From contig JAYENL010000259.1 in NCBI GenBank assembly GCA_034722055.1, positions 1-64,000 on the forward strand: a DNA stretch of 64,000 nt, given 5' to 3'. A program made the translations under genes and the position numbers. The notes under the pieces are model-generated. The model was not told the DNA's origin. It saw only the letters and a list, made by a program, of their open reading frames with translations, and ran no database searches. Shown here one piece after another: positions 17,288-25,571 of the stretch (position 1 is the first letter of the stretch; every line of letters starts with the position of its first letter). Source of the DNA: Armatimonadota bacterium. GTDB taxonomy: Bacteria; Armatimonadota; Zipacnadia; Zipacnadales; UBA5352.

Positions 17288-19537
17288 TCACTCCCGCTCG
17301 TCAGGCCTCCATCCAGGTGGGTGGAGCGTTATCTCGATGTGCGGCGTCTCGCCAGGCGACAGGAGGAAGCTGCCGGAGCTCCCGTGCAGCCGTTCGCTGG
17401 ACAGGGTCGCGCCGGCATGGTAGGTGGGGCCGCAGATGAGGTTGCGAACCTCCCACGATCCGTCCTCCTTCGTGAAGGCATAGTCCATCAGGTTCAGTCG
17501 TCCGGGGAGGTCCTGGACGGAATCGAGGGAGCGGACCGACACTGTGAGCCGCTCCACAGGAGTGCCGTCCTCGCGGCGGACGACGCCGCGCACAGTGACG
17601 GGCGGCGCGAGCTCGATGATCGCGGGCAGCGGGGGATCCATCTGCCAGCGCATGGCCCACGCCTGTGAGCCGTCCGGAGCGGCCGCCACGACGAACACAT
17701 CTCCCTGGCTGCGGAGGCCGGGGAGGGCGAACTCCCCATGCTCATCCGCGGCGGTCTTCACCTGGCCCTCGACACCGTGGGGCGAGAGGATGACGGCGCC
17801 CGGCAGCGGCTCCTGATCCTGATCAAGCACCTGACCGCGGAGGATCCGTCCCTCGGGCCTGACCACGAGCGGCGGGAGCTCGTGCACCTCGCCGGGCTTC
17901 AGGCTCACCGTCTCGCCCCCCGGCCAGTCCTCCACCGTCGTCATGCGCGACGTCCGGTCAGGCCGGCGAAGAGCGAGGGGCTGATCGGGCGGCAGAGGTC
18001 CAACCATGGCAGCTCCGTCGGCGTCAGTGCGGAACCGCGATGGCAGCATGGGCGGAGGCACCACCGGACCATCCGGGGCCAGCGCGGCCAGCACCTCGAT
18101 GCCCTCGACCGGCTCTCCATCCTCGTTCCTGGCCGACATTCGCAGCCAGGCGGAGGTCGCGAGATTCACGACGAGCCCCTCGCGGAACTCCTCAGTGAAG
18201 GCGACGCCGGCCATCTCGCCATCGGGCGTGTGAGCGTAGACCATGAAGAACCTGAAGTTGCCCTCGGCGCGCTCCTCGACAACCCGGAAGCTGCCCTGGG
18301 CGTCGGTCTCCACCTGCTCCGAGCGCCAGAACGTGCCGACCACCTGGACGATCGCGCCGGGGACCGGACGACCGTCGGGGCCGAGGACCGTGCCCGACAG
18401 GACGCGGCGCGGCAGGATGCGGAAGTCCACAGTGGCGGTCTCGGCGGGCCCCACCTTCAGTGGCGTGCGGCCTGGCTCGACGCGGCCCTTGTACTCGCAG
18501 AAGACCTGCCACTCGCCCGGGTGTGGCCGGAACTGATAGCGCCCCTCGGCACCCGTCTCCGCGGTCCTCCACGGCGATGCCCAGCCCTCGTACTGGCGAG
18601 CGCAGACCACCTCGACGCCCTCGACCGGCGCGCCGGTCTCGGCGAAGGTCACGCGCCCGCGGATCGTGGGCCTGGGGAACATCGTGACCTCGACTCCCTG
18701 CAGAGTCTCCCCCACGCCGACCGTGACCTGCAGCGGCTCGGGGAGCGTGGCGTTCGCGACGTAGCCGGTCCTCACCTCATACTCGCCGGGCGGGAGGCGA
18801 TCGAAGATAAAGCGCCCCTCATCGTCGCTCACAGCATTGTCGAAGCCCAGCTTGGAGTAGGCGCTCACAGACACGCCCACGAGCGGCTGGTCCTGGAAGA
18901 GCACGCGCCCGCGGATGATCGCCTCCGGCTCCAGCGTGATGTCGAAGGACTCGCCGGGGGTGGCGGGGCGCCTCCGCCGGAAACCCCACCAGGTGGCCCA
19001 TCCCTCGCCGCCTGCGCACAGGCCGACCTGCATGTCCGGCGCGAAGCGGCCGAGGGAGTATCCGCCACCCTCCCCGGTCTTGCGCCACGGGTGGGTCTCC
19101 TGGGGCAGCCTCCAGGTGTGTGTCTCACCATCAGTCGCGATGCGGACGGCGATGGCACGCAAAGACGCGCCTTCCACGGGCTGTCCCCGCGCGTTGGTGA
19201 CTGTCCCGGAGACGGGCAGAGGCGCGTCCGTCACCGTGATGGTCGCCGGCTCGCCAGGGGTGGCTCTTGTAGCGCCGATGACGGCGTGATCACGCATGGC
19301 GAGGACCAAGTAGTGTGTCTGGGCCTGGTCCACGTCAAGTGTTACCGAGAAGCGTCCGTCGCGATCGGTGGTGGTCAGCAGGTACTCGCTGTGGCGGTGC
19401 CGCTCAGGCGGGCGGTAGACGTAGACGTCAGCGGCCACCGCGCCGTCCGGGCCCACCACGCGGCCGGTGATGGTGAGCTCCTCGGCCGTGGCAGGGATGA
19501 GGCTCAGTGCAAGTAGCAGACAGATGGACGTTCGCAT
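17288..19537 (-). CDS. Secreted carboxypeptidase-regulatory-like repeat protein
   Basis: Signal peptide, 'AEELTITGRVVGPDG', about 8 modules; GGAGGGG RBS. Confidence 0.85.
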   Translation of the reverse strand: MRTSICLLLALSLIPATAEELTITGRVVGPDGAVAADVYVYRPPERHRHSEYLLTTTDRDGRFSVTLDVDQAQTHYLVLAMRDHAVIGATRATPGEPATITVTDAPLPVSGTVTNARGQPVEGASLRAIAVRIATDGETHTWRLPQETHPWRKTGEGGGYSLGRFAPDMQVGLCAGGEGWATWWGFRRRRPATPGESFDITLEPEAIIRGRVLFQDQPLVGVSVSAYSKLGFDNAVSDDEGRFIFDRLPPGEYEVRTGYVANATLPEPLQVTVGVGETLQGVEVTMFPRPTIRGRVTFAETGAPVEGVEVVCARQYEGWASPWRTAETGAEGRYQFRPHPGEWQVFCEYKGRVEPGRTPLKVGPAETATVDFRILPRRVLSGTVLGPDGRPVPGAIVQVVGTFWRSEQVETDAQGSFRVVEERAEGNFRFFMVYAHTPDGEMAGVAFTEEFREGLVVNLATSAWLRMSARNEDGEPVEGIEVLAALAPDGPVVPPPMLPSRFRTDADGAAMVGPLPPDQPLALRRPDRTSRMTTVEDWPGGETVSLKPGEVHELPPLVVRPEGRILRGQVLDQDQEPLPGAVILSPHGVEGQVKTAADEHGEFALPGLRSQGDVFVVAAAPDGSQAWAMRWQMDPPLPAIIELAPPVTVRGVVRREDGTPVERLTVSVRSLDSVQDLPGRLNLMDYAFTKEDGSWEVRNLICGPTYHAGATLSSERLHGSSGSFLLSPGETPHIEITLHPPGWRPDERE

Positions 19538-19587
19538 CGTGTCTCCCCTCCTGGCGTCACTCCCTTACGCCTGCAGCTACCTCGTCC

Positions 19588-19621
19588 AGTATACACCATT
19601 GCATACTACTCTCAATAGTAG
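19588..19621 (-). promoter_or_regulatory. Sigma70-type promoter (TTGAGA-N16-TATACT) overlapped by palindrome CTACT-N6-AGTAG
   Basis: AT-rich patch; -35 at 19615-19610, -10 at 19593-19588 on the minus strand; inverted repeat 19606-19621; about 50 nt upstream of ATG 19537. Confidence 0.6.
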
Positions 19622-19739
19622 ATAGGTCGAATCCATCCGCCCCTGCGAGCATGCAGGTGCGCCGGGGCAGCAGCGACGCGTCAATGACTGCCCCCGATGG
19701 AGTCACGCTCAACACCGCTGGCCTAGCTCTTCTCGCGGC

Positions 19740-22700
19740 TTACTGCCCCACATTGGCGTAGAACATCCAGTGGCGCTCCCAGTGGCGGGCGAGCTTCAGC
19801 ATCAACGCATTCGCCCCGGCGCCCAGCGGGGCCCTGACCACGCACTCATCCTCGCGAAGGCCCTTCACGTTCGGCAGGTAGGCGATCTGCTGGCCGTTGA
19901 GGTAGGCGACGCAGGCGCTGGAGGAGCCGATGCTGAGGGTGGCCTCTCCGGCCTCGTCGGCGTCGATGGTCGTCGCGGCGTAGACCACGTCACCGGTCTC
20001 GGCCTCGGCGTTGCTGCCCAGATGCACCACGCCCGCGGCGTCGCTTTGCACCTCGGCCCAGCCGTCCGGGACCGCGGTCAGATCATCCTCTGGCGAGAAG
20101 CGCACCTGCCGGATGGGCCACCACTCGGGGTTGGGGTAGCGGGGGCTGATGCGCCAGTCCCGGGAGTGGTCGGCGCGCTCGACGGCGTCCGCCGGGCGGA
20201 TGACCACCGCGCTGACGCCCCAGCCGGTGGGACCGCCGAAGGTCAGCTCAATGTGCCCGTCGGTGGTCTCGGCCACGAACTCGCCCACCTGCGCGCCGCC
20301 GGGGTAGTAGGGGACGTCGAAGAGCCGCACGCCTGAGCGGTCGCGGACCATGCCCGAGCAGCGCAGGTTGCGGTTCGTCCAGGAGGGGTTGCCGCGGACC
20401 ACGCGGGCCTGATAGGCGCCGTTGAGGAGGTCGATGCGCAGCGTGCGAGGTCGGCCGCAGTACAGCGCGCGCTGGAGGATGACCGGGTCGGGTCTCCACT
20501 CATACGGCCAGAAGGGGAGGCCGTGGGCGACGATCTCCTGCCGGCCCTGGCCGTACTTGTGGGCGATGCCGTAGCCCGTCTCCTGGGGCGTGGGCGTGGA
20601 GGTGTCATCCGCCGGCAGCCAGCCGTAGCCGGGGTCGGGCGAGTAGGCGGTGTCCGGGCCGAGGGCGCGCCACGGCTCGGCGTCCTCCTCAGCGCCGAAG
20701 TCCAGCGCCAGCGTGGCGTCCTCGGTGTCGGCCATCTGGCGCCAGAGCTCGAAGTAGCGCTCGTCCTCATCCGCGGCGACGTCACGCAGGAGCTGCTCAG
20801 CCCGCGCGCGGAAGGCCGCGTCGTCCTCCCCGCGCAGCCCGGTGATCTGCTCCACGCGGTCCTCGTACTGCGCGAAGCGCTCACCGGCCGCAAACGCCGC
20901 GCGCATCAGCATGGCCTCGCCCTGCAGCCGATCGCTGAGGGTACGCTCCGCGCCCTCCGCTCCCAGCATCAGCACCCCGTAGACGCGGACGGAGGGGACC
21001 TCGACCTCGACGATACCATCCTGGACGCTGACCGGCAGGGGCCGAGGCTCGTCGTCTACGGTCAGCCAGGTGGCCTCCTGGGGCTCCGCCATGCCCTCGG
21101 GCAGGCGGATGGCGACCTGGAAGGCATCGGTGGGATTCGCCTGTGCGGCCTCGAAGTCCACGTCATAGTTAACGAAGTGCACGCTCAGCAGCTCCTCGCC
21201 CTCCGCCCGGTGCAGCCAGGGCGTGGCCCACAGCAGGCGCGGGATCTCGCCATCCAGCAGCGTCTCGTCCTCAAGCGCCGCGCGGACGTCGGCGGTGGCC
21301 TCCTCGACGATCGCGCGAGTCGCGTCGCTCTCCGTGGCGCGGTTGAAGAAGAAGTGCTCGCCGCCAAGGATCTGCCGGACGACACCGCGGTTGCGCCAGG
21401 CCTCCACGACACTCGCCTCGCGCGGGTGATTGTCCTCATCGCGGACGCAGCACTCCCCGACGAGCCCGATCCGCCCCCCGCGATCCAGGTACTGGCCGAG
21501 AATCGCGGCCTGCTCATCGGAGATGCAGGTGACGGAGGGCAGGATAATGAGCCGGTAGTCGCTCAGGTCCTCGAGCGTCCAGGGGTCGGCGCGCATGTCG
21601 GGGTGGTGGAAGATGAGCGCGTCGAACGGAATGTGCGCCTCGAAGAGGGTGCGCCCGATGCCCGACAGGTCGTTGAAGTGCGGCGCGTGCACGTTCCCGC
21701 GATACTCCGCGTACATCTGCGTGGGGACGGAGTAGGCGACGGCGACCTGGGCGTGGCGCGAGCGGCCATCGCGGGTGAAGATCGCCCGATGGTCGTGGCG
21801 GAACTGCCAGAACTCGCGCACCACGTCCAGCAGCTCCGGGCGCTCCGAGTAGCTGACCTGCTGGCTGAACAGCACGCCGCCACCCGCGCAGGACTCCGCG
21901 TACTCGTGCTCCAGCAGCTCCGGCTCCTCCTTGCGCAGCTTGGTCATGCACAGGACGGGCTTGCCCGGCGCGGAGGCGAGACCGAGCACGAAGCGCATGG
22001 CGCCGTGGGCGTTGTGCCACCCGTAGCGGAAGATATCATACTGTGAAAGGCCCGAGCTCTCGAACCAGGCGTGGTCCACGAACTCGCTGATCAGCAGCGG
22101 ATAGGGGTTGTGGCCGAGAAAGCCGCCGGCCTGATTCCCGTGGCAGTCAAACTCGATGCCCAGGCGCTCGGCGAGGACCTTGGCGTCGAGGACGTAGCGC
22201 ATGAGGTTGTGGGCGTGCGAGATGTAGAGGAACTTCTGATACTGGGCCATGACCGGGTCGTCGCAGATGGCCGCCACGCCCTCGTGCTCGATCTCGTTCC
22301 AGGCCAGATCGGGGTCGAGCATCGGGAAGTCGTCGAGATGGTCCTGCACGTAGTCGCGGATGTGATCGTACTGCTCGCGGAACTGGGGCAGCAGGCCCTC
22401 GGTCTCCAGGTAGTGGAAGAACTTGCGGTTGCAGAAGTCGCAGTAGCGCCCGCGGGTGCCGGAGCCGATGCGCGAGACCGGGCCTCCGATGTTGTCCTGG
22501 CTGATGGCGTGGCCGATCAGCGGACTGGCAAGCCAGTCGTAGTTGATGACCGACGACCAGCGGGGGGCGTTGTTGCACACGATGTAGGCGTTGAAGTCCT
22601 GCTTCGCCGCCCAGCTCTCCACAGTGAGGTTGTAGTGGGAGCTCATCACCAGCTCATCGTTGTAGTCCCGCGCGATCCCGTTGTCGCGGAACAGCGGCAG

Positions 22701-23075
22701 GGCCTGGTCCTCGTGGAAGTGGATGGTCTCCTGATACTCGTTGTAGCCGTAGACCTCGAAGGGGATGCCGCGGTGCCGCAGGTACTGGTGGGAGGCGTAG
22801 TCGCCGGTGCGATCGAGATAGTCGCACAGGATCCAGTTCTCGTCGAACCACCTCCCCGGCTGGCGGTCGGGGCCGCCGCGGCCCTCCCCGTAGCCGGCGT
22901 TGACCATGAAGCTGTGCCAGGAGATGGGGTGCTGGTCGATGTAGTCAAAGGCCCGCAGCTCGGCGGCGTAGTCGGGCAGCACCACCTGCGGCTCTTCGTC
23001 GGCCACGGGAAGCTCGACGGCGCCGGCGCTGCCGACACACAGGATCATCGCGCTCGCCCACAGGGCTGTTCTCAT
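19740..23075 (-). CDS. Large secreted putative glycoside hydrolase (TIM-barrel-like region, beta-galactosidase trimerisation-like domain, C-terminal carbohydrate-binding sandwiches)
   Basis: 1111 aa, signal peptide; 'YCDFCNRKF', 'VAVAYS…HIPFD…YRLIILP…YLDRGG'; 'LDFG…GYGW'. Confidence 0.6.
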   Translation of the reverse strand: MRTALWASAMILCVGSAGAVELPVADEEPQVVLPDYAAELRAFDYIDQHPISWHSFMVNAGYGEGRGGPDRQPGRWFDENWILCDYLDRTGDYASHQYLRHRGIPFEVYGYNEYQETIHFHEDQALPLFRDNGIARDYNDELVMSSHYNLTVESWAAKQDFNAYIVCNNAPRWSSVINYDWLASPLIGHAISQDNIGGPVSRIGSGTRGRYCDFCNRKFFHYLETEGLLPQFREQYDHIRDYVQDHLDDFPMLDPDLAWNEIEHEGVAAICDDPVMAQYQKFLYISHAHNLMRYVLDAKVLAERLGIEFDCHGNQAGGFLGHNPYPLLISEFVDHAWFESSGLSQYDIFRYGWHNAHGAMRFVLGLASAPGKPVLCMTKLRKEEPELLEHEYAESCAGGGVLFSQQVSYSERPELLDVVREFWQFRHDHRAIFTRDGRSRHAQVAVAYSVPTQMYAEYRGNVHAPHFNDLSGIGRTLFEAHIPFDALIFHHPDMRADPWTLEDLSDYRLIILPSVTCISDEQAAILGQYLDRGGRIGLVGECCVRDEDNHPREASVVEAWRNRGVVRQILGGEHFFFNRATESDATRAIVEEATADVRAALEDETLLDGEIPRLLWATPWLHRAEGEELLSVHFVNYDVDFEAAQANPTDAFQVAIRLPEGMAEPQEATWLTVDDEPRPLPVSVQDGIVEVEVPSVRVYGVLMLGAEGAERTLSDRLQGEAMLMRAAFAAGERFAQYEDRVEQITGLRGEDDAAFRARAEQLLRDVAADEDERYFELWRQMADTEDATLALDFGAEEDAEPWRALGPDTAYSPDPGYGWLPADDTSTPTPQETGYGIAHKYGQGRQEIVAHGLPFWPYEWRPDPVILQRALYCGRPRTLRIDLLNGAYQARVVRGNPSWTNRNLRCSGMVRDRSGVRLFDVPYYPGGAQVGEFVAETTDGHIELTFGGPTGWGVSAVVIRPADAVERADHSRDWRISPRYPNPEWWPIRQVRFSPEDDLTAVPDGWAEVQSDAAGVVHLGSNAEAETGDVVYAATTIDADEAGEATLSIGSSSACVAYLNGQQIAYLPNVKGLREDECVVRAPLGAGANALMLKLARHWERHWMFYANVGQ

Positions 23076-23138
23076 CGCGTTCGTCCTCCTCAGACATCGG
23101 TCACGTGGACAGTAACATCGCCTCGGCGGCTGTCTGGA

Positions 23139-25469
23139 CTACCGGCGCTGTTGGGCTGCAAACTCCGCCATGGTCATGAGCTCCAGAGACAGCTCGATGG
23201 TCTCCTCGCCGCCGTGCACCATCACCTGCTCGCCGGCGACGAGCTCAATAGCCTCCGGCCGCGGCTCGCCGACGTAGGCCATGACCGAGTATTGCAGGCC
23301 CGGTATGAGGCCGTCAACGCGGAAGCGGCCCTCCTCGTCCAGCTCGATCTCCTCGACGCGCTCCGTAAGGCCCTGTGGGAGCTCGCCGAAGCGGGGCCCG
23401 GAACGCTCCACCCCGGCCCGGGCTCGCGCGACGGCGTCGGCCTCACCGGCGACCGTAACGATGAGGCTCGGCGGCGGGAAGAGCTCGAAGACCAGCTCCA
23501 GGGCCACGGAGGGATCAACGGGCTGGGCGTAGGCCAGGCTGCCGTCCTCAGTCGCGGCCAGGATGGTCACCGTCTCTCGCGCGCCGAGGCCGGTCAGCTC
23601 GAAGTGACCGTCGGCGTCGGTCCGCGCGCGCACGGGGTTCCAGTCGGCGCCGGGTTTGCCGATGACGACCGCGCCCTCGACGGGCTCACCCTCCGGGTCG
23701 ATGACCCTGCCCCGCGCCACCAGGCCCTCCATCGCCACGACGAAGGGCTCCAGCTCTCGCGTCTCCGCCGGCACCAGCGTGATCATCTCCTGCTCCTCCG
23801 CAGGACCGGATGCCACCTTCATCGCCAGGTCGCCGCTCAGCAAGAGTTTGACCGGAACCTTCGGGGGCAGGGGGCCGAGCCGCACCTGCCCGTCCTCCTC
23901 CGTGGCGAACTGCAGGGGCAGGTGGACGTTCCCGCCCTCCTGCTCGGTGTATACGCTGACGGACGCGTTCGGCACCGGGGAGCCGTCGGTCTCCCGGATC
24001 GCGGCCAGCAGCCAGGCCGCCTCGGCCAGCCTGATGGTTGCCTGGCGGGTGGACTCGCCGTCGATCACAGCGATGCCCGCCAGGTCGCGCTCGGGATCGT
24101 GCGCTAGGGCTGCCTCCAGCGCGCGCCCCCGTTCGTGCGTCTGGCGCCCGAAGCTCAGCTCCACGCGCCCCTGCTCATCGGTCACCAGGGGCTCCCGTTC
24201 GCCCATGTAGCGGTGGCGGAGGTCCGCATCCCAGTACACGGGGACGCCCGCGGCCAGGGTGCCGTCGGGGTTGAGCACCGTGAGCTGGATGGTGGGCTTG
24301 CGCTGCAGGCGGAAGTCCACGGTCTGCACCGTCCCCTCCTCGACGTGCAGCGTCACGTCGCGCTGCTCCGCGCGCCAGGCGACGTCGGTGGGGCCGCCCA
24401 TCCAGTAGACGTAGTTCTCGCCTGGCGGCAGCCGGAGCTCGTAGGCTCCCTGCTCGTCCGCCTCGGCGCTCTGGACCCAGGCGGTAGAGCGCGGGTGTGC
24501 GGGCCCGTAGGCGCCGATGCTCGCGCCCGGAACGGGCTCGCCGCTGTCGGCCCAGGTGACGGTGCCGCGCACCAGGCCGCCCTCGATCAGCTCGAAGTCG
24601 ATCTGCTCAGCGCGCTCCCCGGCCTCCGGCTGGACGCCCTCGTGCGCCACCGCTGCGTACCCATCGGGGGGCGTGATGAGAGCGACGTTGTAGGTGGCGG
24701 CTGGCAGCGCGGTGATCTCGTAGCGGCCATCCTCGTCGGTGGTCGCCTCGCCCCAGTGGCTCTCCTGCTGCGACTGCACGCCGACCTCCACGCCGGCCAC
24801 CGGCTCGCCCTCGCGCGTCACCCGCCCGGCAATCACCGCCTCAGGATGGAGGGTAAGCGTGATGTCATCGCCAGCGGAGGGCATATCCTCCCGCGCAGTG
24901 GGCCGGCTGTAGGCGTAGCCGGGGGCCTCCGCGCGAAGCTGCACCAGATATCCCACCGGCAGCGGCCCCAGCGAGAAGCGCCCGTCCTCGCCGGTGGTGT
25001 CGGAGGGCGCAGCGGGCCACTCACCGAAGCCGACGTAGCGAATGCGTGCCGTCTGCGAGTTCAGCGCCCGCACGGCAACGTGCGCCTGAGAGATTGGCTG
25101 GCCGCCCGGATCGACGACGGTCCCCGTCAGCGCGCGATGCTCCTCCGGGAGGACGAGCTCCACGGGCTCGCCCGGCTTCGCGCTGGCGGCGCCGGGCGCG
25201 TGGCCCTCGGCGACGGCAACCGCCTGCCAGGCATCGCGCTCGTAGTCAGTCTCGAACTGAAGGCGGAACTGACCCTCGGCGTCGGACGTGGTCTCGACCC
25301 AATGCGGCTCGCGGTCGAGTACCCGGGTCTGCGCCACCCGCGCCCCGGCGATGGCCTCGCCCTCCGGACCGACGACGCGGCCGGTGAGCGTGACCTCCTC
25401 GGCCAGCGCCGGCCCGAGCGCAAGTATGAACACGACAGTCATGAGCGAGAAACGGCTCTGCAATGACAT
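23139..25469 (-). CDS. Secreted carboxypeptidase-regulatory-like repeat protein
   Basis: ATG 25469 after GGAGGAG; 'AEEVTLTGRVVGPEGEAIAGA'; about 8 modules. Confidence 0.85.
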   Translation of the reverse strand: MSLQSRFSLMTVVFILALGPALAEEVTLTGRVVGPEGEAIAGARVAQTRVLDREPHWVETTSDAEGQFRLQFETDYERDAWQAVAVAEGHAPGAASAKPGEPVELVLPEEHRALTGTVVDPGGQPISQAHVAVRALNSQTARIRYVGFGEWPAAPSDTTGEDGRFSLGPLPVGYLVQLRAEAPGYAYSRPTAREDMPSAGDDITLTLHPEAVIAGRVTREGEPVAGVEVGVQSQQESHWGEATTDEDGRYEITALPAATYNVALITPPDGYAAVAHEGVQPEAGERAEQIDFELIEGGLVRGTVTWADSGEPVPGASIGAYGPAHPRSTAWVQSAEADEQGAYELRLPPGENYVYWMGGPTDVAWRAEQRDVTLHVEEGTVQTVDFRLQRKPTIQLTVLNPDGTLAAGVPVYWDADLRHRYMGEREPLVTDEQGRVELSFGRQTHERGRALEAALAHDPERDLAGIAVIDGESTRQATIRLAEAAWLLAAIRETDGSPVPNASVSVYTEQEGGNVHLPLQFATEEDGQVRLGPLPPKVPVKLLLSGDLAMKVASGPAEEQEMITLVPAETRELEPFVVAMEGLVARGRVIDPEGEPVEGAVVIGKPGADWNPVRARTDADGHFELTGLGARETVTILAATEDGSLAYAQPVDPSVALELVFELFPPPSLIVTVAGEADAVARARAGVERSGPRFGELPQGLTERVEEIELDEEGRFRVDGLIPGLQYSVMAYVGEPRPEAIELVAGEQVMVHGGEETIELSLELMTMAEFAAQQRR

Positions 25470-25571
25470 GGCTCTCCTCCCTGCTACGGTCAATCTGCCA
25501 GAATGGCGGGCTTCAGGAACTTCCGCTGCTCCATGGACGGGCGGCTGCCGAAGCTGCGCCGGAGCACTTCG

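Noticed and set aside
19622..19645. GGGGCGGATGGATTCGAC (minus strand) resembling a tmRNA 5' end
   Set aside because: No matching T-arm/acceptor 3' end or tag ORF, and under 100 nt remain before the next gene
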